Part shown: in pieces, positions 12,401-26,800 of the stretch
How the letters are laid out: each line of letters starts with the position of its first letter
How positions within the stretch are numbered: the stretch's first letter is position 1
Origin: Gordius albopunctatus
Taxonomy: Eukaryota
DNA: 64,000 nucleotides
Direction of reading: 5' to 3'
NCBI GenBank assembly: GCA_964276515.1
Contig: OZ193909.1
Span: 6,572,001 to 6,636,000, forward strand
Program-made: the position numbers and the translations under genes
The notes under the pieces: generated by a model
Databases searched by the model: none
Told to the model about the DNA's origin: nothing
What the model saw: only the letters and a program-made list of their open reading frames with translations

Positions 12401-15400
12401 CAATCTTTCCTAAAGCCAAAATAAATTAGGTCTCTATTTTGATTTTTCAGACTAAAAGTGTTGATGCTCCTTTTCATCCAGGTCAATCCCTGCTGGCCTT
12501 ACTGACGGCTGAAGTGGACAAAACCAACGAATCTTACTACGGCCAACAATTTCTATTTCTACTCACCTTGGCTAAGGAAGGAGATGCTTGTAGGGTAGAT
12601 TTGCCTAAAGAGGGTCCGATATACTCTGTAGCCTGGTGCCCGGCTCGATTGTCTAAAAGCGTGGACGCCTTTGTTGTCATATACGGTGAGTGAAATGAAA
12701 AATATAGTCAGCAGAATTACGCGTATAAAATAGGTCTTCGTTTGAAAGTATTCAAAAACGCCCAATCATCATTAATTGCTTAAATTTTGCGACAAATCCC
12801 TACCTTTTTGGGAATAAAAATCTTTTTAAGAGATAATCTTTATCCATTGATTTATATATCTTGGCCCAAATATTAGTAAATTACTTAAGATTGATTTTAA
12901 CCATTTCGTAATTTTAATCCTTTAAAACAGAGCTTGAAAAAGTTGCTGTTTTAATGAAAAAGTGTAGATTAAACTTACAATATGGAACCGTTTAAAATTT
13001 GTTTACACCCTTAATAATAATTTTTCATTCGTGTAATTGATTAAGCGTCTGCACCTGCTTTAGACATTTCAGCATCTGGTTTTTACGAATTGTCCTTAAA
13101 CTTACTCATATACATCCTAAATTTAGCATTGGTGTTAAGGTTGAGAAAAGAATAAACAAATCCTGGCAAAATAAAAAATTGTTGGGTTTCTTTTTGGCAC
13201 ATGGTGTGTGGAGGTTAATAAGCCATGTTAACACCAGCAAATGTCAATGTTTGGCTTTATAGCAATACGTATGATAACTGGAAAGACTAGGAAACTAGGC
13301 ATCGAATTTCTAAGAAGTATATTTTGCGAAAACTCTAATCAGAACTGGTCAAGATCATATACTAACATTTTATTATAAATCCAATTTAATCAAAAATATA
13401 CACCTACCAGTGATTGTTAGCTTAATTTGACTATAAAACAGAATTATCGCGCCTAGTAAAATTGTGGCTAGTTAAAAACTTGTGCAAATTTTAGGCTTTA
13501 GTTAAAATTTGACAGAATAATATTAGTTATGCGGATCAATTTTTCAAATATATTCGTTATTTAGGTCACATGTTGTCAAAGGCTACGCTTTACGATGCAA
13601 AGGGAGATGTCTTATTCGATTTCGGTACCGGGCGTAGGAACGGTTGCCACTTCTCTCCCCAAGGGCACAATATCCTTTTTGTCATATAGTTGTTACACTG
13701 GAGTTTTGTGCTCAAAAGCATTGGTTTCGCTTGACATTATGCCATTTTGCAAAAAATCCACTTAACTTAGGATTATTGTTTAAATTATAAAGTCTCAATT
13801 ACCGCCCGTTAATTTGTTGTGTGGCTCATATAAACTCTTTCCTTAAGCAACTTGACTCAGAATCATAAACTAATCCTCTACTTTTTTTATAGCATTTAAG
13901 GTGTACGGGCGAACTTTTTGGTAACATCAAATTTTTGTGATTTTACGAATGAAGTTGAAAAGTTTATAATGTGTTAATGCCTATAATTCTTATTTCTGTC
14001 GACCTAGATGAAACCTGATTATTTTATCCAACTTTACAATTTTTCCCCTTTTTTTAACATTTTAAAAAGTGCTTTTCCCCTTATTAATTATATTGCATAT
14101 TATAAAACAATTGTGAATTCATAATACACCCTTTAAAAATGTAAACTTAAACATGACTTTCTCGACGTGTGATTTTGCCAAAAATTTCTAAATTCACGTT
14201 AAAACAGCAACTCCACGTGTGTCTCATGCACGTTAACACCACGATATCTCCTTAACTCAATCTTTTCTCATTGTGTGTGTGTGGTGGGCTGTGTTACACT
14301 CTTCGCTCTAACTGGTTCGGGCAACATACAGGGCAACGTGGAATTTTGGGAAATACCGATCAGTACTCCTAGCAGCAGCAATCCCACCAAACCCAGTCCC
14401 CTAAGACAAACTTCGTCCGAGTTGCAGCAGCAGTACTGTTGCAAACTCATTAGTCACGTTATCATGAAAGATTCGCCCACTTATTTTTGCTGGTGCCCGG
14501 ATGGGGAGCATTTTACCGTTGCAACCACTACTCCTCGCCTCAGGGTTGATAATGGGTACGTTTTTAATGCGTGCCGTTGGCGTAGCCTGGAAAGCTGTGA
14601 AGAAAATAGGGCTAATATTGTGAAAAAATAATTATTTTACTCCGGATTTTAGCTCGAATATCGGCTACACCCATGCGGATGAGAATTGTGAATGTATAAA
14701 TACAGATAAAGGGGATTTTACAACTTATTTTTATCTCCCTAATTTACTGTATGTTTTTTTCTAGCTAACGCGTCACCAATATGTGCATCTCATCGTGTTT
14801 CATTCGGTTTAGTTTCTATATTAAGAGTTATTACATCAAATTTTGTAAAAATGATTAAATAAGAGGAATATATTTAAGATGATGGGCTATAAGAGCCCGA
14901 AATATCGCCTTCCATTTCCCTCAACCTACTTTATCAATCCAAACCCACGGATTTTATGCAAAGAAACACAGAATAATGGATCAAATATACATTATATCAT
15001 AAATAGATTTAATGTGTAAATTTATTAATAAGAAGGCAACACAGTTTGCTATTTTTCGATCGAATTTCACATATTTTTAATATCTGAAATAACAGTTTTT
15101 CCATCTACCATTACACTGGCGCCATGATTTTCCACGTGTCGCTTGACGTATTGTTAGATTTGCAATGGCGCCCCGTCGACCTACCGGCTAAGCCGATAAA
15201 GTACACTAAAATGAAGAGCGCCGAACAATCGAATGGCGGCCCTATCAGAGGTAAAGTGAGATCTTTGGAATTAGTTATTCGAAGCTTTTTACTATGTTAG
15301 TCGCTATATGTAGTAGGTTAATATCTACTAAAACGATGTTTGACAATCAAAAATACACAATAGTAATTAACGAGACAATCTTTCATTTTACTTGAATTAA

Positions 15401-16818
15401 TAGATCTTCCTTGCCCGAAAAGTATTATTATAATGAATATGCTGAATTCAAACTCAAATTGGCATTCTTACACACTTTTATATAATTTATTGTTGAAAAG
15501 TATTCGGCTTATAACATATTGTTATGAAGAATATAGACAAATTGATTTAGGGAGGGGCAAAGTGAAAATTTTTTGAAATTTTACCCGTAATTTTAATAAA
15601 TGTATGCACATTTATATTATAAAAATATGAAATATCATTTTAATCAATTTTTTCCTAAATTATTGTAGGAACGATTTGGGTTGGCAATGAGTTGCCATGA
15701 ATGATTCCGTTAAAAATTTAAAAAGTTGAATTTTTTATATTAGGCAAACTTCTTGCAAATATTTCAACAGAAACTACTTTTGTTTTGGTGTAAGAAACTT
15801 ACTGTTTTATTTCCATCGGAATATTTTATATTATGATAAAATTAAAGCTGCCAAATTAACCTTAATTTTTTATTTTATTGTTCATTTATTATTGATCCCT
15901 CCTACACATTCCATAATGGAGATACACTTTTAAGAAAACAAATAAATATTGTAGCTATTGCCAATAACACAGGTCTATAAAAAAACCATCCTGCAATATG
16001 ACCTATAATTCTGATAGAGAATTTTGCTCCGAACTAATAAAGGATAAAATGAGCATTTTTTGCACCTTTAACCTCGTTCATCTAAAAAAACGGCAAGTTT
16101 TGGGAAAAAACTAAAAATAGATTATTGCTCAGCGCAAAATTCTCTATCAGAATTATTGGCCCTGATTGCGGGATCTAATCACAAAATCAATATTTGTAGA
16201 CACAACTTTAAACTTTAAGACTGGAGTTAAATGGATTCAAACTAATTTGAGTTTTATCAAAGTTATCGCTTTACGCATAGGAAACCCTAAACCAGCTGGG
16301 AAATACGTACCACCCCATTTAAGGCAAGCTGGGGGCGATGGGGCGTCTAAAAAACTGGTAGAAAATCATCCTGTTGCACTCCATCATCGGGTCCAGTTGC
16401 CGAGCAGTAATCAAGAAAAACCGCTAGCTAAAGATGCCGAGAAAAGGATTCGCAACGTGAAAAAACGGTTAAAACAGATTGAGGCGTTAAAGGAAGAAGC
16501 GGCCCAGGGCCAAAAATTGGACCCTACTCAAGTTTGGTTTCATTTTAAAGTTTTTTTGATTTCTTTTAGCCTCCTTTTTCCATTGAATTGAGACTCTTTT
16601 TAACTCGCAAGAATTTTCTTTATTTGATTCTTATTTAAGGTAATTAGGTTAATCAAATCCAATAAAATGGGTGTTTTATGTATTTGATCTCTTATAGTTA
16701 AATATAGTTAAGAATTGCGAAACTTGTTTGAAATTTTATTAAATTTTTTGTTTTTTAGCTTGAGAAGATACAAAACGAAGACAAATTACTACAAGAACTT
16801 GAGCAGCTAGAGATATAA
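9471..16818 (+). CDS. EIF2A: Eukaryotic translation initiation factor 2A, 13 exons: 9471-9492, 9605-9755, 9837-10006, 10080-10158, 10703-10785, 10920-11023, 11477-11591, 12482-12685, 13565-13669, 14300-14555, 15096-15250, 16281-16531, 16759-16818 (1755 nt, 584 aa)
   Basis: Exons join in phase into one ORF with eIF2A motifs SFSPLSTYLITWQ, NLQIWDVKTG, GSKGQPSFVRILQYP, EVDKTNESYYGQQ, LPKEGPIYSVAW, FDFGTGRRN, WCPDGEHFTVATTTPRLRVDNG, YVPPHLR and the C-terminal KRLKQIEALKEE...LEKIQNEDKLLQELEQLEI*. Eleven GT-AG introns and one AT-AC intron; AATAAA at about 16850. Confidence 0.95.
13670..14299 (+). other. U12-type (minor spliceosome) AT-AC intron in eIF2A
   Basis: 5' site ATATCCTTTT at 13670, branch point TCCTTAAC at 14249-14256, terminal AC at 14298-14299. 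Splicing gives GH-I-FALTGSGN, colinear with the GHILVLAGFGN motif of eIF2A. Confidence 0.9.
16007..16154. mobile_element. Small MITE in eIF2A intron 11
   Basis: Inverted termini AATTCTGATAGAGAATTTTGC / GCAAAATTCTCTATCAGAATT; the same terminus recurs at about 29024. Confidence 0.7.
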
Positions 16819-16999
16819 TCTGTCAATTTCACATTTACTGAACGTAATTAATAAATTGATTTTAACCCAATTAAGCGTTTTCTTTATGAAATATAATGTA
16901 ATGCTTTTAAGACTCCTTTGTACGGGTGGGTCAGTGTATCGCAAACAGCTTTTAGGCTAAATTTTGGGGGCGTTTGAAATACACTAGTGTATTAGTTTA

Positions 17000-18457
17000 G
17001 GGGAGACCGGGGCTATCGCGACCAAAAATTTTCAAAAAGGTCTGGACAAAAATTGTTAACCGATTTTCATATACTTTTTTTAGAAAAATATTCGTGTCTA
17101 GAGTGTTTTTCAAAGGAAAAAAAATATGGCAATACAGTTGATAGATTTTTCGTAATAAGGGTTTAAAAAAAAGACAACTCGTATAAATTTCGAAAACTAC
17201 CCGGGGTTATCGCGTCCTTTCGAAGGGGCTATCGCGTCCTCTCTAATATAAAGCTCCAAAACTAAAAACTAATTGATTACCTAGGCCTAAATAACCAAAT
17301 TTTTTAATGTTTATAATCTTTTGTAACTTATAAATGTTGATAATATTCTTTAAGAGTGATTTATCAGAGATTGTTGTTAAATTATTACCTAATGAAACTA
17401 AGTGAATGGTTTAAATTGCAAAACATTAAGTTTATAAAAACTTTAAAGCTTAAAAAGTTTGATATAATAATTTTATAAGAGGATTAATGTGTTTTTATGT
17501 TAAAATTAATGACTTATAATTGCATATGCTTTATGTGAAAGTATTAAAAAGTTTTTTATATTTTAATATAAAACTTTTCATAGAGATTTAACATATAAGT
17601 GCCTTTTCTAAGATTTCTGTGCTAGAATCATTGATTTATATGCCTTATTACACAAATATCATTTAAAATGAATAATTGTTAAACAAGGTTAAGGTTTACA
17701 AATAATGCAAATTTATATTATGTGCTTAAAAATGTCAAAATATTAGAAGTTCATAATCTATTAAAGCTTATAAAATTTTACATATCAATTACTTTATCAA
17801 ATTTTTGTGCTAGAATCATTGATTTAAATCTTTTATACTACCCTTGTCTTCTTTTTTGGTCCTATAATTTCACCTTTTTTGTAATTTTTGTAATATTTTT
17901 TTATAGTGCTATAGCTTAAATTGGTATCTTCCGCGATTCTTTTCAATTTAATGTTGTTTTGAAATGATGTAACAACTTTTTCTAACTTTTCATCATCAAT
18001 AACAATATTTGCTTTTCTGTGGTAATTACGCACCATAATTAAAAAAGTGAATGAGTGAAAAGGAAACGATAGCCCCGGCTGCGATAGCCCCGGCATGATC
18101 ATTGAACTTTAAGTTGTGCTTAAGATGATTCAACTCGTCAAAAAAATATATTTGAATATAAATATAATAAAAGAGTTACTTCTTATTACCTTGGTATATA
18201 TTTCAGGTTGGCAGAATAAGTAGTTTTTAAATAATTTACAAAATACAAAAAAATAAAAAAGGACGTTTTAGCCCCGAAAAACCTTTTTTTCTACATAATT
18301 TTTTTGTAAGAAAGGTTAATCCAAATATTTTTTGTGCCTAACATGTGCCTTAATAAAATACATTTATGATTATAATTTGAGGTCTTAATAAACATAAATG
18401 ACAAAAATAATCGAGAAGACGCTATAGCCCCGGGTAAAAGATAGCCCCGGTCTCCCC
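17000..18457 (-). mobile_element. Non-autonomous Tc1/mariner (pogo-like) element
   Basis: TIR GGGGAGACCGGGGCTATC / GATAGCCCCGGTCTCCCC flanked by TA; remnant N-terminal helix-turn-helix MVRNYHRK...LKRIAEDTNLSYSTIKKY. Confidence 0.85.
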
Positions 18458-19400
18458 TACTCACTAAAATTATAAGAACATGTGCATCAAGTTTAAAATC
18501 TAATTCTCTAAATTATGATATTTCTATAAAGCTTCGAGCCAGATTTGGATAAAATATTTAATAAAATATTGACCCTTTTTCGTTCAAAATTTTGATCATA
18601 TATTCTTACTTAAATAAAAAGCAAGAATATAATTAATTATTTAAAAGCTAAGAAATTGAATTCTTTATTTTATAATAGTTATTCTTGTCTCAAATTACTT
18701 GATAATAGCCTACTAAGTGTTTCTGTCTAAAGGTTACTTACTATAAAAGATGTCGATTCTAACCCAGGTAGTACAAATCTAAAGAAAAAATATATGACCG
18801 ATTAATAATAATTTTGTTACCATCTGCATATAGCTTTCATTTTTCTAGCTTAAATTCAATCAACCATTGAGGAATTTTAAATTATTAAAGCGATTACTGT
18901 CTTTCTAAATACCTTTAGGATGGGCGTACCCATTATTTGGATTGGGAGAGGGAAAAAATTGATTGCAATACAGAATATTTTTTGCTTTTTTTTAAATTTG
19001 ATGTATAAAAACATAACTTACATGATTTGCAATTAAAAATTCAAATGTGCATATCAATTTAAATTCATTGGTAGTGAAGGGGCAGCTGACCCCCCCCCCC
19101 CATTGTAGCTTTAATGAGCGTTTTAAAATGTTATATTTGGTTTTATGTCTCCAAGTCACTAGAAAAATTTTTTTCCCTCGGGACGCCTCTTAAAAGAAAG
19201 TAGAACGTGTCTGGCCGAAAAATATTAATATATTATGTAAGCATCTAACAGCTATTATATATAAAATATAATCTCTAAAAATGACTAAATAATTGTTTAT
19301 ATTATATATTTTATAATTAGTTATAAAATGATATTTTAAGTAGTGGTCGGGAATACGTTAGGTCAGGTAAAATTCAGGTCAACCTGAGGTGAGGTTTAGA

Positions 19401-19508
19401 TAGAGGCCTGCACGGGTCACCCGAAACCCGGGTCGGGTTCGGGTTAAAAATTTAAAAACGCTTTCGGGTCGGATTAGGGTTGAAAAAAAGTGATTTTGCA
19501 GGCCTCTA
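19401..19508. mobile_element. 108-bp hAT micro-MITE
   Basis: TIR TAGAGGCCTGCA / TGCAGGCCTCTA; TSD GGTTTAGA at 19393-19400 and 19509-19516. Confidence 0.9.
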
Positions 19509-20479
19509 GGTTTAGATTGATTGACAACCTCACCTAACCTTATGTTTCATTTTTTATATCTTAATTTTACAACTAAATTATAGTCTCTAACAAAAAAAAT
19601 TATTAAGTATAATATTAAAAATAGTTCAAATATATTTTAATAGCAAATTACGTATATAATCTATAAATTTTTACTCTAATAAATTATCATTTTATTTGAT
19701 AGAATTAATGCATTGATAAAATGAGCTCATTTTATCCATCCCAGATTACCATTCTTCCAAACAAATTCGACAATAAGTTGTAGTTTTTTGTTAGCATTAA
19801 CGCTTTCGTGTCTCTTACTTGAATATATTTTTCGTTCCTCTTGGCGAGTACGGATTCAATGGGAACTATACTTATAAATATGATATCGAACAGATTATAT
19901 AATTCGGAATAAATAAATAAAAGTTAAGGTAAGCTAAAAATGAATTCGTTATATGATAAAATATAAATAACCCTGATAATAATAATAATTTGTAATTCTC
20001 TTGCGTGTTCGTTTAATTAATTATCTTTCTTACAATTAGACAAATTTCATCACTGAAATTTTTGCAAAATGCTGCAATTTATCAATAAATTAAATAATAT
20101 GAACATAGGCTTTATTAGTGCGTAATTATTTTATGCAAAAAACAATAAATGGATTAAGTAATTATTTTGCTATATATAGTGGGATGTCACACTATAATAC
20201 ATATTTTAAATTTTCTATTTAACAACATTAGTTAAATTATATATATGCAATCAACGTAAGATCTCAAAGATTTTATATTCTTCCAACAATAATGCCTATT
20301 TTATTGTTTTTAAAATGTTCAGAAATTACTTGTTATAAATAATGATAATGCTTTTAAAAGTTTGCTCTCGCATTTTTGTTATTATTCTAAATTCATTATG
20401 TTAAAATTATTTTGCATAGTTTTTTATTCAACGTGCTAAGTTTTTTTTGCCATTTTTCAAGTTTTTTATGGATGCTATT

Positions 20480-21195
20480 TAAATGCTCAGTAATAAATTA
20501 ATAAATGCATAGTAAAATATGCTCAGTATTTTATTAAAGGGCCAAGTTAAAAATTCAAAATTGCTAAGTAAATTACCCTTAAAATGCTCAGCTTTAAATT
20601 AAAAAATGCTCAATATTTTTGCTAAAATGCTCAGTAATATAAATTAATAATTTGCGTTTATATTTTATAAATAATATTTTAATTGGTTATATTTTTTTTT
20701 AAAATAAATTAAGAACCTTGCCCTCTCTCTTTTTTTGTCCCGTTGGTTCCCCCCCCCCCATTTTTTACCGTCTTACTAACCCCCCTGGTGAGGTCGAGGG
20801 TCAAAAAAAAGGGGGGAGGCAAATCACCCCCCCCCTCCCCCCTGGTGAGAAAGAGGATAAAATTAAATTTCAGTTACTGAGCAAAAATTTACTGAGCATC
20901 ATAGAAATAATAACTGAACAAATAAATTAATTACTGAGCATTTTAATATTTTACTCAGTATTTAATTATTCTACTGAGCAATTGATTATTCCATTGAGCA
21001 AAAATTGAATTAAATAATGAGCAAAATAATTTGTACTCGTTTTTGTTTTTTATTAAATGTTCAGATTTTTATTTATTTGCTCAGAGATTTATTATACTTG
21101 CCAAGTTCTTTTATTCAAAGTGGTTTTAATTTTAAAATAAAAAGAGTTAGGTGTGGGATTCAAACCTAAACGCTCAAACCACTGAGCATTTAGAC
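20480..21195. repeat. TGCTCAGT/ACTGAGCA-rich inverted repeat element with an embedded G/C-tract element
   Basis: Multiple ATGCTCAGT copies at 20483-20640 mirrored by ACTGAGCA copies at 20875-21000. Confidence 0.55.
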
Positions 21196-22254
21196 TAGAG
21201 AACTGCAAAGTCACTTTTTTCCAACCCGACCCGAAAACATTTTCAAATTTTTTACCCGAACCCGACCCGAAATCATTTTCAAATTTTCTATCCGAACCGG
21301 ACCCGAAAAATTATTAAAACAAATTACTTTCGAGCGCGAAAATTGCGGTGTAAAATTAAATCGACAAATAAGATTTTCTTGCTGTGAAACTCCCCGATGT
21401 CCATCAACACATCTTCGATCTCTTGATAATTATTTAGAACGGATTCTAACATCTTTAGCCGACTATTCCACCGGGTCTCAACATACACCTGCACAGAATT
21501 TTTCAAACGATTTGCAAGACTAAAATTATATAAGTATAATTAATAAATATTAATAAAATACCCGGACTTATATATTTACTAATTTATACTATCTAATATT
21601 AAGTTAAATACTCATGTGTTATAGATTTTAGAGGCAACTATTTAATATCAAATAATTGTTAAGATATATTGTCTTAGGGTAAAATATCTCACATCCACAT
21701 GATTTAAAATATTTTATAAACAAGTTATCATACCATATTAATTAAAATTATAACTTACTTTTAAGTTATCTTTGAATATGTATTAAATGTAATTTAAATT
21801 AATGATGAAGAGTAGCTAAATCTTCACGATTAACACTAAAAAAAATTTAAAATATAACTTTATTGAAATTTACCTTTTAATAGTCAAATTAAAAAAAGGA
21901 GTAATTTATGTAGTTTGAATTAGTGATGAGAATTAGCTAGCACTTCATAGTTCGGAGTTTTAAAAATCCAGCCCCCTGGCGAAATGGACAGCTGGAAAAA
22001 AGTCATAAAAGTTGCAAAATAGTATGCTTATTTATATATATATATAATATATGATTTATATATACAATTTATATTATATTTTTTGTTAGAAAACAATAGG
22101 TCTCGCGTGTTTTTTACAATGTATAAACTTGGACCCGACTCTAAAAATTTGACCCGACCCGAAAGCATTTAAAAATTTTTAACCCGAACCTGACCCGATA
22201 GCATTTTCAAATTTTCCACCCGACCCGAGGTCGGGTCACCCGTGCAGTTCTCTA
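21196..22254 (-). mobile_element. hAT element with a short transposase remnant, related to the 19401 micro-MITE
   Basis: TIR TAGAGAACTGCA / TGCAGTTCTCTA; TSD ATTTAGAC at 21188-21195 and 22255-22262; VETRWNSRLKMLESVL; ACCCG repeats. Confidence 0.9.
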
Positions 22255-23846
22255 ATTTAGACCATAAATATTTTATGGTAAATATCATTTATATAACACT
22301 TGGTATAATATATAAGTTACACATAGAGCCTTTAGGGTTTCCACACCCCAATAATATTTTAAAATAAGTTATTATTGGGCGTAGCCAGAAGGGGGTCCCC
22401 CTTAACCCAAATGCAACAAAAAAACCCTAAAAAATTAAAAAAAAATTCCAAACCTGTCTACGCCCATGCCTATAAGGCCTTTAAAACATTAAAAATTTTA
22501 AAGCAGCAATAATATTGAACATTCTTAACTAAACACATGAAAAGTCTAAATAAACGGTTGAAATTTTTTTAATATCAACTAGCATATTTAAAAAAACTTA
22601 ACATTTTTTCATAAAAAACTGAGTACTTTCTAATTAAAATGGGATCATAGAAAAAACTGAACATTTTCTTAATATTTTTATTGAGTTTAGCTAGGAAATA
22701 AAATTTATTAATAAGAAACTTTATACCTTCGTCATCTAGTATATAACACCTATATTAATGATTCCTACCTTACGTTAGTCATCTAGCTTGTGTTTTGGGT
22801 TTGAGATAAATAATTGGTTCCATTTTGACAAATTTATATCTTATATAACAACTCATAAGAGCCAGAAAAAAATATATGGTAAAATTATTTTTTAAAGTCG
22901 AGACGAGATCGAGATTTTTCTTGGCCGAGACGAGATTTTAATAATCGCACCCGAGACGAGATTTTGCTTGCGAGACCGATACCAGATCGAAACAGCGTTG
23001 CAGGTCTCTAATAAAGAGAAATTAAAATAGAGTGGGAATATAACCTCAGAAGACGTTAAAAAGGCCATTTTTAAACATAAAATCTCATGGATTTTGGAGA
23101 AAATAAATTAAAAAGATTTTACTGTTCAGCTTACAATTTTCTATCATAATTATTTGTCCGATGACGGGATGGAATTACACATTCAATATTTGTAGACCTG
23201 TGTAATTAGGCTATAGGTGATCCTTGTGTTTAGAGTTAAAAATAAATTGATTGATTTTCCAACAAAACACACAAACGTCAGTTTATATTATTCATAGAGA
23301 ACTTAAAGCGACAGTAAAGGTGGTAATATGTCATAAGTACATCTATATTCAGCCCTATATCGATTAAATTAAAATGTAAAAATTTGAAAGGGATGTGTAA
23401 TAGACATTTAAAATTTTTCGGATATATCGATATAAATTTAAACACCCATATATTAAATTGATAGGTGCAAGAGTATAATGAGATTGCATAATATGTACTG
23501 TGATATAATATAAAAAATTGGATTTAATCTAATGTAAAAACATACGAATTTGTTGAAGAGGTTATAGCATGATTGAAAATATGGATTGAAATGGAAAAAT
23601 AATTTAAAAATAACCAACGATAAAATTAATTTCGATTGAGCAATAACAATACTTTCAACGGAATAAATATGAGTCATCGATAAAAAGAGGGTGGGTGCAT
23701 CATTAATTGTGGAGGGTAATCGTATAACATGTAGCTTATTCAAATAGAATAAAAATAAATTAAAATGTGGGGTCATAACCAATTTTAAAAGGCCGCCCTT
23801 GCAAAATTAAAAAGATAGAGGCCGAGATGCTGATTAAAATACCCTT

Positions 23847-26800
23847 TTACTTAGAATCGAGCGTCTTTGGCCTAAAAGCCATTCTGGCCAAGTTTATAAA
23901 GGGCAGTTCGAAAGTCAAACTAGCCAGGAGGGAAAAGGCGTAAGTGATTACCGTAACTTCGAGAAAATATGCGCATAGAGTGGTGTGTGTGAAGTAAATG
24001 GATGTTCTCATGCTTCGAAAAATTATTTGCAGGATTATAGGGTGTATGAGGTAGGTCGAGTAAGTCAAATTACTTAAGGGGACCCAAAAATCGGCTGATA
24101 GAAATCGTCGTACGGCCGAGGTGAGCTTTCCTTCACCTCTCAGGGTTTGGTCGACAACAAAATAAAGGATTAGACCCCAGAGAGGGCGATATGTGGCGTT
24201 GATCAGAGCTAAAACCGAACGGGCCATTGTGTCCCAGGTGAAGAGGGTCGATATGTGTCGGACCCCCACGGCCAAAATGATTGACGTGAAAACACTGAAG
24301 ACAATTTTGGGTTTGAAATAAAGAGGAGTTTCATCAGCTTGGACGGTTGAGATATTTGGTTTCGCATAGTGATGTCGACAGCCCAGTAGTAAACCTATAA
24401 GGAAGGGACCGACCCTAACGTATGGTTTGATGTAGAAGTCGTAAAAGAAACTCAGCACTTTGGTATCGTCTACAAATGCGAAGGGCCTAAAATACCAAAA
24501 TAGTAGTTAAACATTTAAAAAAACATTGTAATTTGAAGGTTTTTATAATAAAATTCATTGATGCATCCATTCTGCGGTTAAAATAATAATTTCAATAATT
24601 CATAAATTAAATATTTTCAGAAGGGAGATTGCGCAATAAATTGTCACTCCTTTCCACCATGACCCTAATATCAATTTGAATTAATGATGGAAATTTCTGA
24701 CTATAGTCAGGCTAATTTTTGTCATAATAATCTAAACAGGGTATAATTTGCCTGCATGTTATGAAACCATTCTCTTGCCAGCTATGTCCACCTAGAGCCC
24801 AAAATTTTATAATAAACTCGGGGCTCGGGTCGGGCCGCCACATCAGGCCCGAGCCCGGCACGAATTGAACTAAAACAAATTGATCTCTTATAAAATAGGA
24901 TTTAAATAAAATTCGATATTAAATCATTATTTTTCGCACACCGTACATTAAGTAGCTTCCAAAATTTATCCTTTTCCCTTGTCTATTATAATATAACTGA
25001 CCTGAATTGCAAATCTTATTCTAATATATAAATAGATTTATAGTAGCTGTTACAACTTTAGAAATAAGAAGTAAATATTTCAAAAGGTTTTTTTTGTTTG
25101 AACTGTTAAAAATATATATTATAAAGTTAAATTTTTTTGCTTAAAATCATTAACCGAATAAATTATAACGAGTGAATTTTTTTTTATTTCAAACTTATCA
25201 TAGTTGTAAATACGTGTAATAAACAATCTAATGCATTTTTAAAATGTATTGAGACCTTTTTTTGCTCTCAGGAAAATTTTTTAGAATAGTCAAGGAAAAA
25301 ATTTTGTTATCTGCCACCCCCTAATTCAAAACCTGGATACGCCCATGGCATTTTATATTAAGATGATGAAATAATTTTCAAAAATATATTTCTAAAAAAT
25401 TTTATTTAAAAAATCGGGTCGGGCTCGGGTCGGGCCAAAAATAAAAAAATCTTTCGGGCTCGGGGCGGGCAGAATAAATTTCATTTTGCACGGATCTATG
25501 TCCACCTCAAATTGATTTAAAAGAACTTTTAGATAAGATGTTTTATGATAAGAAAATGTAAAGAAAGACATATGCTGCATGGATCGCACTTCAGGCTTCA
25601 AACTACGTGGGGAGCGTTTTATTAATAAGATAGTCAAAACTTTAAGGAATTCTAGTTCTCTCAATAATAATCTAAAAAACATAGGTGACTATAAAAATGA
25701 ACGCCAAAAATTCACTTTTGTAAACAAGATTTTAATGATGCAGTCTTGCTAATCTTTTTGTCGTGGGCAAATTTTTATTAAATAAACATACAAAATTTAA
25801 TTTGAAAACCTAAATATTTCAAAATTTAGAGCCTGATTTTACTATTGACACTTTTTTAGGCAATTATCATCTACGGTATTTGGTGATAATAATGTAAATG
25901 CTTTCATAATTTATATGCCCTCAAAATGTGTCCCTTCACATCCCACACAACTGATTTCCCCCTGCCTAATAATGTCTTTTATTATGTGGCTTATGAAGTA
26001 AACGACCTCAACCGACTTAATCAAGGTTGCGCTGCCACGGCTTTTTGTGGAGCCTACAAACAAATCGCGCTATTAAATTTATCAATACGCCTGTGCGATA
26101 AAATGTCTTTTTAGTCCACGTGATAATCATGTTATAAATGATGGTTAATTTTGTAAATTAAGTTGAAATTTTATGTGCTAATATGGGCCAGAATTTAATT
26201 TTTGTAAAGTACCTAGAACATAAATCGCAATAGAAAAAAAACCTAAACTTTTTTTTAATAAAATAAGCCAAAAAATGTATAATTGAGCGGGAAGAAGGCT
26301 ATAAAGTAAAATTGAACTTATATAGGCGCTCACACTGACAATAATCTATTTTTACAAATATCGCTGGGAACCATAATACACAAAATAAAAATCATTTCTA
26401 TTCCGTTTTTAAACTTTATAAATATTCTGATGTGAACCTGAAAATGGCTAATTAACAAACAAAAAAAGATATACATTGATTTACATAATTTAATCTGGCA
26501 AAATCTACTTTAGGCATGCCCATTGGTAAATGCCTAAATTAATTAAGCAAGTAATGGATCATTTTATAGTATATCACCAGCACATAGTTGTTGTTAAGTA
26601 TTTTTTCAAATTGGCGCTTAATTACGTAAATATCATAAAATATTTATATACTAGTATTAACTACAAAATCATTATAAATTTAGTGATATTCCTAAGAGTA
26701 CAAAACAAAAAATATACCATTAGCACTTCAGAGGTTGGGTCAAAAATGCTAACACGGATGGTATTTGGGGTAATAATTACCCCAAACTTTAAATAGCTAT

